Source: Candidatus Thermosaccharophagus tengchongensis (lineage in GTDB: Bacteria; Armatimonadota; Fervidibacteria; Fervidibacterales; Thermosaccharophagaceae). From it: a stretch of 56,990 nucleotides of DNA. The stretch is from the NCBI GenBank assembly GCA_032161105.1, contig JAVHTD010000021.1. One strand, 5' to 3'. Below the pieces are notes generated by a model. That model had not been told where the DNA came from. It did no database searches and worked only from the letters and a program-made list of their open reading frames with translations. Of the stretch, positions 19,488 to 29,100 are shown in pieces (positions within the stretch are counted from its first letter, which is position 1; each line of letters begins with the position of its first letter). The translations under genes were made by a program, and so were the position numbers.

Positions 19488-22400
19488 TCAATGCAATTGT
19501 GTCATTGTCACTGCTTGAACCTGCCTTCCATCCTCATCGGTTGCTGTCAAACGCACTAAGTATGTTCCTGCAGGCAATTTCATCCCATCTCTCGTAAAGC
19601 CTCTCCAGATTATGCGGTGGCAAAGCGAGCCATCACTTTGAGGGACTTCAAGCAAGGAAATTCTCCTCCCAGTCAATGTCAAAACTTCTGCAAAAGCTTG
19701 AGCGGGCTTTGTTAAAGCGAACTCAATCATTACAGTTTGTCCTCTCATCGGTGTCGCCCTTAAGCCGACAATCCTCAAAGGTCTTTCGTTGCTTATCTCT
19801 GTGATGACTTTGAACCTCCTCTCACTCTCACCTTCATTTGGCACAAACCGATATTCCGTCTGTGTCCTCATGTATCGCCTCGTCCCTGTAGCTAAATCAA
19901 CCAAAGTCAAACTCATATCCTTTGGAGCATATCCAATTCCATCCCAAGTCAGGGTTACTTCTTTTTGCCTCGTCCCTGTCCCTTGTCCCCCGTCACTCGT
20001 CCCAAACTTTACAACCACATCCCAATCTTGCCTTTGCCTAATTCCATTTCTCACATCTACTGCCAAAGGGGCACCGTTGTTGAGCACAATAATTTGCACA
20101 TTGCTGCCTCCTTCAGGTGGCTCAGGTGGCAATCTAATTGCCAATCCCCTTGAACTTTGAGAAACTCCCAGAATTACCTCTCCACTCTCATCTCCAACTT
20201 TAGCCACCAGCTTCATCATCCATCCATTGCCTTTCACTACTCGTCCCGTGTCTCTTGCCCCTTGTCCATTACTCTGGCTTGGCGGTGGCAGTATAAGTTC
20301 ACAATCCTGATGAGCATAGACCCAATATCCCTTCCATGGCTCAATTTGCCCTTTAACTTCTGGGACGATGCTTGTGTCATAGACCAGGACATACTTTCCT
20401 TTAAACGGGTCATTTTCATCCTGCTCCCAACCCCAAGCATAATCTTCAATCCATCCAGCCTGTTGGGCTTGAGTCAAGGTCTTCACTTCCCCACCCTTGC
20501 GCACTTGAATTTGGTCTAATTGCCAGAAGATAGCCTGTGTAAATGGATTGCCAATGGCATTCCATCCACAAGATAGGATGATAGAGGAAGGCTGCTCCTC
20601 ACTCACCATTCGTCCAAGAGTATAAAGTTTTCTTGATTGACCTGGCGTCAATTTCAACCAATATCCATTACCAGCTTGTGCTTTATTAGCAGGCTCTTGA
20701 GGATAGAAAACATATTTATTCACAACCCATTTCGCTACTTTTACTTGATTTGGTTCCAGTCCCAATATTACTTCCCATTCAGGATTTTCCAAATGGATTG
20801 GCATGGAAATGAAATGTAATCCCTCGCTCAAAAAGACAATATCACTTTGGTAAAGTCTGGATCCAGATTCACTTAACCATCCTTTACCAATTTCACCCAC
20901 ATATTTGTAGTATTTTGCGTTGCTTCTGTCCCCCTTGGCATTCTTGTCATATTCAGTAGCCTTCGTGGGGTCTTTAAAGTAAAGATAGGGAATATCAATA
21001 CAACGCCATACCTGCGAGTTTACTCTCTCGGTTTTCACAACGACGAATCTTTGTCCCTTCCAAATGTATACATCCCTATAACCCTCGTAACTTTGTGTTC
21101 CACTCCATGTCCGAATTTTGTATTTATTTGAGTCTTCCTGTCTCATCAAAACACTATCATTTTTTACTTCAACTACCTTAGCATCTGAAACTATCTTTAT
21201 GTCAGAACCTCTTATCCACGCTGAAATTTTACCTCTTGAATTTGGAATATCAATACAATACCATACTATCCCTTTATCATCCTTAGCCTTCCCGATAGCC
21301 ACAAACTTTTGACCTTTCTTAACCCACCCTAAGGCTGCATGCTCAACCCCTGGACCCGCTCGCAATATGCTGTCATTGGTCATTTCAAAAGGAGTAGGAG
21401 TGATAGACTCTGAGGAGAACGGCTTTATCATCACCATTGGGTCTATATACCCATAGCCATCAGGTAAGTCTGGTGTATAACCCCAGTGCAAGTCACCGCT
21501 TGGCGCTTCTAATACTCCTTTTTTCTTTACCTCAAAGTGGAGATGGATATTGGACGAATTTCGCCGTGAATACTCTGAAAATCCCATTAAACCTATTGTA
21601 TCGCCTACATTAACCCATGGTTTCCCATCAAATTTCCCATTATTGTAGTATTTCTCCCATATGTCCTTTCTCACCGCATCAAGATGTCCGTATAAACTAT
21701 AGACTTTTTTGCCACCTCCTAAGTCATGCTCAATAATTATTGTTATGCCAAGTCCATGATTATTCTCAGAACGGTTAGTTGGTAATTCACCCGAAACAGT
21801 ATTATTATCGTGATTCCATAGAACAATTTTTTCGGAAGTCGTTCCGGGACCGGCAAGCCCAATTATAAAAACAACATTACCAGACGCCGCTGCCTTAACC
21901 GGGGTCCCACGCACACCTAAAATATCAACACCCACATGATACATTTTATTACCTACCCTGTTGAAGCTCGCGTAATCGTTGCTCCATGTGGGGTTGTCCA
22001 CTGGCCAGCGCCATTCTTTTGTCTTCAGTCCAACCCTTAATTCCGTTCTCATTTGGTCATTCGCTCTGTCAATCTGGTTAGCGGTTCCATCAGCATCCAC
22101 AGTGACCCAAAGATAGTAATTGCCAAACTGAATGTTGGATGGAATAGTGATTTTTCCTTGGGTGTGAGTCAATGATTGACCGGGATTCAATTCTGGGGTG
22201 CTAAACTCCACTAACATATAGTCTGAAGGGCTTGGAGCATCCTGACGCTGACTCAATTGAATTTTCGTCTTAGATGCGCTTGCCTTCACTCTACCCTGAT
22301 TGAAAACCTTGACGCTTACGGTCACTATGCCTCCTGGCATCACCGCTGTTGGGTTAACCCATAAGTCCTTTGGAACTAAATCAGGAACATCTCTTCTAAC

Positions 22401-23177
22401 AATAAAACTTCTCGTCTCGCTCCAACCACTTTCTGCTCCCCGTTTATCTATCGCTTTCGCTTTCCATGTCCATTGACCATCTATGAAGGCTTGGTTTGAT
22501 GGGACAGTGTATGTTGCTTCTGCTCCACTGGCAACAAAGGGTGTATCAAACACTTTCGTGATGCCACCCTGCTTTGCTTCAATCCTAAACTTCACTTGAT
22601 CTTCTTCTGGGTCATCGGATTTAACTTTGAAGGTGGGAGTAGGTGAAATTGCTACCCCGCTCTCGGGGAAAAGCAATGTGGGACAGTTGGGCGCTGTATT
22701 GGGGACAAATTTGACTTTTCTTTGCTCGCTGCGCAAACTCCATCGTTGCCCCTCGTTATCTGTTGCTAATGCCCACCAAAGATACTCACCAGCAGGGATA
22801 CGCTGATTTTCGGGCACAGTGAAAGTGGCAATCTCACCCGAGGCGTAACTCTCCTTATCCCACCCCGCTTGATCCTTCGTTTGGTCAAAGACCCAAACTT
22901 GAACATTTCCCTGTCGCTCTTTAAGCGGTGGTGGAGGGGGAGGCTGTGTTTGCATCACCACGATTTTAAATTTCAAATTGTCTCCCTCAGGGTCAATTGC
23001 ACGGATTTGAAACTTTTCCCGGTGCACAGCAATTGTCGCTTCAGAGGCAGGGAAGACCAAAACAGGAGAGTTTGGAGGCCGATTTTCCTGACCCAAAATT
23101 GGCGTCAGCCAATTCAATGCAAGTCCTAAAAACAATATCCACCACATCCCCACATAGGAGACCTTCACACCGCTCAT
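19488..23177 (-). CDS. Secreted modular M23 peptidase (Ig/Fn3-like x2, CARDB, M23, SH3b-like, conserved C-terminal region with FlgD-Ig-like tail)
   Basis: Signal peptide; PDLVPKDLWV..VTVSVKVFNQG (CARDB); YHVGVD, PVKAAASG, LYGHL, HLHFEV (M23 Zn ligands); LRAGPG..GIVWYCI..AWI (SH3b-like). Confidence 0.85.
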   Translation of the reverse strand: MSGVKVSYVGMWWILFLGLALNWLTPILGQENRPPNSPVLVFPASEATIAVHREKFQIRAIDPEGDNLKFKIVVMQTQPPPPPPLKERQGNVQVWVFDQTKDQAGWDKESYASGEIATFTVPENQRIPAGEYLWWALATDNEGQRWSLRSEQRKVKFVPNTAPNCPTLLFPESGVAISPTPTFKVKSDDPEEDQVKFRIEAKQGGITKVFDTPFVASGAEATYTVPSNQAFIDGQWTWKAKAIDKRGAESGWSETRSFIVRRDVPDLVPKDLWVNPTAVMPGGIVTVSVKVFNQGRVKASASKTKIQLSQRQDAPSPSDYMLVEFSTPELNPGQSLTHTQGKITIPSNIQFGNYYLWVTVDADGTANQIDRANDQMRTELRVGLKTKEWRWPVDNPTWSNDYASFNRVGNKMYHVGVDILGVRGTPVKAAASGNVVFIIGLAGPGTTSEKIVLWNHDNNTVSGELPTNRSENNHGLGITIIIEHDLGGGKKVYSLYGHLDAVRKDIWEKYYNNGKFDGKPWVNVGDTIGLMGFSEYSRRNSSNIHLHFEVKKKGVLEAPSGDLHWGYTPDLPDGYGYIDPMVMIKPFSSESITPTPFEMTNDSILRAGPGVEHAALGWVKKGQKFVAIGKAKDDKGIVWYCIDIPNSRGKISAWIRGSDIKIVSDAKVVEVKNDSVLMRQEDSNKYKIRTWSGTQSYEGYRDVYIWKGQRFVVVKTERVNSQVWRCIDIPYLYFKDPTKATEYDKNAKGDRSNAKYYKYVGEIGKGWLSESGSRLYQSDIVFLSEGLHFISMPIHLENPEWEVILGLEPNQVKVAKWVVNKYVFYPQEPANKAQAGNGYWLKLTPGQSRKLYTLGRMVSEEQPSSIILSCGWNAIGNPFTQAIFWQLDQIQVRKGGEVKTLTQAQQAGWIEDYAWGWEQDENDPFKGKYVLVYDTSIVPEVKGQIEPWKGYWVYAHQDCELILPPPSQSNGQGARDTGRVVKGNGWMMKLVAKVGDESGEVILGVSQSSRGLAIRLPPEPPEGGSNVQIIVLNNGAPLAVDVRNGIRQRQDWDVVVKFGTSDGGQGTGTRQKEVTLTWDGIGYAPKDMSLTLVDLATGTRRYMRTQTEYRFVPNEGESERRFKVITEISNERPLRIVGLRATPMRGQTVMIEFALTKPAQAFAEVLTLTGRRISLLEVPQSDGSLCHRIIWRGFTRDGMKLPAGTYLVRLTATDEDGRQVQAVTMTQLH

Positions 23178-23192
23178 CTTTCAATCCCCTCA

Positions 23193-26100
23193 TCAATGCA
23201 ACACAAAGGTCGTCACTGCCTGAACTTGTCTCCCATCCTCATCTTGAGCGTAGACCCGAATCAGATAGACACCGTTTGGCAGTTTCCGTCCTTGAGAATC
23301 CACGCCTCGCCATACAACAGTATTTTGACCTTCAGAACGGCTTTGCGCCACCTCTACCAAAGCAACCTTTCTTCCCGTCAAAGTGAGCACTTCCACATGA
23401 GTCGTTGCCGGTTTCGTTAACGCAAACTGGATGAGCACTTCCCGTCCGCGAGTGGCGACTGCTTTTAGGTTCACAATTCTCAGCAAACCCAAACCACCTT
23501 GCTCCAAAATAACCTTAAATCGCCGCTGGGTTTCATCCGCTTTCGGTCTGAAGGAGTAAGCCGATTGTGTTCGCAGGTAACGCCTCGTGCCTGTTGCTGT
23601 GTCTATCAGCCATGCACTCATCCCTTTTGGTAAGTAGCCAAGACCGTCCCATGTCATTTGTATTTCTTCAAACTTGCCTTGTCCTCTTGTTTCACCCCAC
23701 AAGGTTGGACTTCTTTGTTGTGCATCCCACTTGACAATGACATCCCATTCCGCCTTCCGAGCATTTCCAAACCGCACATCGGCAGCCAGTGGCTTGCCAG
23801 CCGTGTTTATGGCAAAAATTTGCAAGCCATTTTGTCCAGGTGATTCAGGTGGTAACATTGCTTGCAAACCTCTCTCATTGCGCCCTCGTCCTGTTGCTTC
23901 GTTGGTAAAGCCAAGCCAAACTCGCCGCTTCGTTTGCCCGTTGCTTGCCACAAGACCAAAAACGAAACCGTTTTCAGCGATGCGCCTCCTACCTGACGAA
24001 ACGCCACGCATCGCATCGCTCTTTGGTGGAATCACCAACTGGCATTCCTTAAAAGCATACACCCAGTAGCCTTTAAGCACATCCAGTGTCTCAAGCAATC
24101 CAATCCCTGAAACGCCTCCCCAAACCATCTGGTAGTCACCGATTTCAGGATCCCATGTCCATAGGATTTCATGCACTACCCTTTGTTCTGCGGCTTGCTG
24201 GAAGGTCAATTCATTGCCATCCTTACGCACTTTCAAGTTTGCCCATTTCACCTGCCATGGAACGCCGATGATTTGCCATCCTGGCTTTAAGTTGATGACG
24301 AACGGCTCACGGCTCTTTGGCAGGCTACCAGTTACCGTTGCCCGAACTGGGTTGTCCAATTTGATCCAAACACCCACACCAGGCTTTGGCTTACGCTCTT
24401 CTTCTGTCAATTCGCTATACAAGCGGTATCGCCCTTCGGTAGGTTCGTAAATCGCCAGTTTCATTTGGTCTTCTGAAATACCCAAAATCTCATGCCATTG
24501 CTTGTCCACCGAGATCGGCAACGAAACCATGAATAACCCGATACCGCTTTCAAAGGGCAGTTGAGGTGGTTGCACATTGACGGTAACGGGAATCTGAACG
24601 CCTTCCTTCGGTTTATTGAGGTCGTTGGTGTAAACTGTCACCGTCCCGCTCACTTCACCGTCTGCTTCAAAGGCACTGCCGTCTATAGTAATGGTGACAA
24701 CTTGTTCCTGTCCCGCATCGGTCGTCCCACCCAGCGGTTCCATCCTCAGCCATTCTGGCTGTGGTGTTACAATGACGAAACTTTCATCAGGGGCTCTGTC
24801 CACTTCATACAATTCGTCATCGTGCAATTCCACAAAGATGCCGAACTCTTCGGTTATGCTGATCTCCGAGAGTGGCACACCTACTTCTACCACATTTCCT
24901 TCCACTTTTCGCCACGCCAAGCCGGAAACATACTCAAAACCTTGCAAATCGTTATTCCACTTCAGCAAACCGTCAGAATCTTCACCAAGTATGACCATGT
25001 AATCAGCACCAAAGTTGGTAAGCAGCCCAGCACCTGTTTGCGAGTTAATGTCAGTATCAATGTTGATGTAGAGAGCCGTATCCACTGGGTCAAAGGTTCG
25101 CCCTGAAGTTTCTATCTTGAAGTAAAGGGTCGTCTCATTGCGTTGCAAATAAACCTTGGTGATGCTGCAGGAATTTTCCACAGTGGACATTGCAGGGTCA
25201 ACGATAATCCAACGCCAGTCATTGGGCGAAGGCGCGGGTGTTGGCGCTTGCCTGCTCCTTCCTGACCGAGCAGATGAAGCGCCAATGACTGGCAGTGGCA
25301 AAGTTATGGGTTGACCTTGCTTAATCTCATTTGTTGTGAGTTTCTCTGAAAGTGTTGGTTCAGTCAGTTTTTGCCGTGTTGGCATCGTTCTTGCTGATGG
25401 GCTTAGACCAGAAGCCATTGGTGAAAGGAAGGTAATAAGCCTTTGCCCTGAACATGGGTTGGGAAGGGGCTTGCTTCGCTTCTTGCCTGTTGAAGGGGTG
25501 ATGCTTGAAAAGTCCACAGAACCACCACCAACATTTTGAACCTTACGCTCTGCAGATGCTTCCTTTCCTATCTCCACAGAAGCCTGCACAGGCGTTGAGT
25601 CCATGCTGAACTGCGGCGTTGGCTGAACTTCTAATGAAAGGGTGTAGCGGAATTCCTCCCCACCTTCCCCACGAAAGTCCGTCAGTTTCAGGTAATAAGT
25701 TCCCGTCACAGGCAACTTGAATCGCCGAACAGTTGGGTCGTAGCCGTTCACATCATCCCAGACAGCAATCTGGTTGCCATCGGCATCGTAAAGGGTAACG
25801 ATGGCATCCAGCGGTGAACCGTCTCTCCTTGCCCTGACATCCAAGTTCAAATATTCACCAGCAGTCGCCTCAAATCGGAAAACATCCACATCACCATGAT
25901 GCCCAATCGTGCCTGTGACCTCAACGCTCCCACCAGTGGCAATGTGATGTGCACTCTCAAACTGGTCGCCAAAGTCATCGTCAACTTCTTTGCGAAGGTA
26001 AAGTGTATAGGAATGGTTCTCCGAGCCACTACCGTCGCCGGACTCAACCTTAATGTAAAAAGTTCCCGAATGGGGAAGGAGAAAGTGCCAAATGGCAGGG

Positions 26101-29100
26101 TCTACAGTATTGCGCGGACTATCGTCATCGTTCCACGCCAAGATGCTTTGACCATCGCTATCATACACCGTTAACACAGCATCCAACTTTGAACTGTTCT
26201 GTTCCGCCACAATCCAGATAGAAAACCACTCTCCAACATCTCCACTAAACCTGAACCAGTCAACATCGGTGTTGGTTGCAATTAAGCCACTTTTGTTACT
26301 ATTAGCAGCAATTTCGGTCGCTGTATCAGGCGTATCATTTGGTTCGTCACTTTCGCTTTGCCTACCTTGCGCTAACTTGTTAATCTGCTTAATCACCAGG
26401 TCTGCGGCGGAACCTTTGAATAGATTTAAGTCAAATTTACCAAGCTCCACGACATTATTATTTTCTCTCTGCGTCAGCCACAGGTCTCCAGCAAATTGCC
26501 ATATAAGCCAGTCGGGAATCTTGATTGGCCAATCCTTAGAATCGGGACCCCACCACTCATCATTTTCTGGGTTTACTACTTCCCATAGGTCCTGTGCGTA
26601 AAGAACGTCCTCTACCGGAACTCTTATTTTTCCTTCTTTAATACCATAAGTTTTCTGCAGGGTGTCGTTGGAGTACGGCCATCTCGCAACCCAGGGAAAA
26701 ATCTGCAACCCCGGGTTCTTCTTCTGCCTATTGTCAATTTCACTCATCAATATATCTATAAAAAATTTGCCATTTACAGAACTCTTTAGCAAGCTGTACT
26801 GAATATAGACTACTGGAGTAACATACAAATTCTTTTCTTGGGCCTTTTTATATATCGTTTCGCACCATGTAACAATCCACTTCGCTAAATGCTGTAGGTC
26901 TACGCCTTTAGTATTAGTTTCTTCAATGTCCAACATAGGTTGGAGACGGCCGGCTTGAAGGAATGAAGTCTCCTTAGCAGTGCCGGATGAGGAGGCGGCA
27001 TTGAAGAAATACTCTGCTTCCCTTTTTGCCCCTTCCTCGCCTTTGTTTATATCAGGTCGGGCAAAGTGATATCCACCGACAAACCTTCTCTTTAACGCTA
27101 AAAACTGTTCATTGACCCGCAGCAGGGAACGTGAGATACCTTCGGTTAGTTTCACATATATAAAGGTGAACTTAGAGTCCAGAAGTTCGTCGAGCTTGTC
27201 AACATTCTTAATGTTAAGGTTGTCCATCCCAAACGTGTCTAATCCGAAATCGTAAGGGTAAATAGGTAATGTCTTTGAAGATTGGCTTATTTCATTGCCA
27301 TCTTGGTCTTTCAACAAGCAGCGAAGCTCCCAGCAGCCGGCTTTGTCAGGGTTGATAGTGAATGGTTCTATGTAAGGCGGTGTTGACCCAGCGAATTCTA
27401 AACTTTTTTCCCCAACCTGAAAGTAGAGGGAGTCCGGGGGCTTTATTTGAAGGATTGCTTTCAATTTTTGTCCTGCCCATTTCTTCAGGGATTCAAGTGC
27501 GTCTCGCAGGAATGATATCTTAACGCGAACTGCGTCTCCAGGCCGTGGACGCTTGGGGTTTGTAGTAATTGAAGTTAAAATTGAATCCTGGCTGTTGGGT
27601 TCGGGAGAAGATGCTATAATAGGCTTGCCTAACCACCTTCCTATGCTGTCCGTCTTGCTGTAGTCAATTTCAACTTCTTGTCCGTCTATTTCGGTTATTT
27701 GGACGGGTCCGCTTTTTATATGTCTTAGCTCAAAGTGCAAATGGGGACCGGCTACCAAACCTGTTTTTCCGCACTTACCTATTACTTGGCGTGCTTTAAC
27801 CTCCATCCCTATCCGGACGTCAATACTGTTTAGATGTGCGTACCTTGTGAAATATTCGGGATTGTCTTTACTTTTTATGTCCACGTATAAGCCGTATCCT
27901 CCCGGTTTTTCTCCGACCGAGATTACGACGCCGTCGTGAGCAGCACAGATCGGTTGATTTTCGTCATCCTCTGGATCCCCGTAAGGCCATTCGTCACGAA
28001 TATTTTTCACTTTGTTAAAGTCCAAAGCATATTCTGAAGGGAGATGCCCTTTATATGTTGACGGTTGCCACCACTGTCCCTCTTTCCATGGTGCAACGAG
28101 CTGGATTGGCTGCTTATACTGATACTGGATAAATGAAGCGGTTATGCTTCGGTTTCGGTCCATCGTGATTGTGGCAGGATTGTCTTTTGTAGTCATAGAT
28201 GGCACATCGCCAGACCATCGGGAAAACAGAAATCCGCTATTTGGAGTCGCTTCTATCCTCACTGAACTTCCTTTGGGCACTTGGATGCTATGAACATAAT
28301 CCCAATCCGTCCATTGGTCATTAACCTTTACTCTGACCTTACCACTGTTTTGCGGGTAAACATTAAGGTTCAGGGTGAATGAATCAACAGACTTAGTTCG
28401 GAAATTTGCCGTAATGGTCTTGTCACGATTCACCACAACCGTCAAGGGATTAGATGTGCCTGATGCATCACCAGACCATTGTGCAAACTCATAACCGCTG
28501 TTTGGTAGTGCCTGCACCGTGAGGGATGTGCCATTAGCGAACCGTTTGCTGAAGGGCAAAGCGAACTCTTCACCATTTGCGGAAATCTTCCCTGCCCCAG
28601 ATGGATTACCAGAAATGGTAACCAAGAAGGTCTGAATCACTCCGCTACCTTGAAGTGGAACAGTGTAAGGTGATATCTTATTTGTGGCATTATGGGTAAA
28701 CTGCAACTCACCAGAGTAGGTTTTCTCCTGTGTTGGCTTGAACTGAATATGCACATCCCTGTATTGCCCTGGTGAAAGGCTGAAGTTAGTGGATTCCCCA
28801 GAAGCAAGTTGGAAGCCTTCACCTACTTTCAGGTTGGAAATGCTCAATGTATCGTTGGAATTACTTGAGTTCTCTATACGCACCACTTGTTCCATAGTGG
28901 TATTGACTTCCACGCTACCAAAGTTAACTGATACCGGCGATAAACGAAGTTCCACAACTTTTGCCTCCGTTGTGCTTCTACCACGAAGCGAGTAAGTGAT
29001 GGGGCTACTATGGCTTGTGGCATTGTGAGAGATGGTCAAAGTCCCCGAATAATCCCCGTTGGAAGTCGGTTCAAAGCGAACGGTAACGATACGGCGATAA

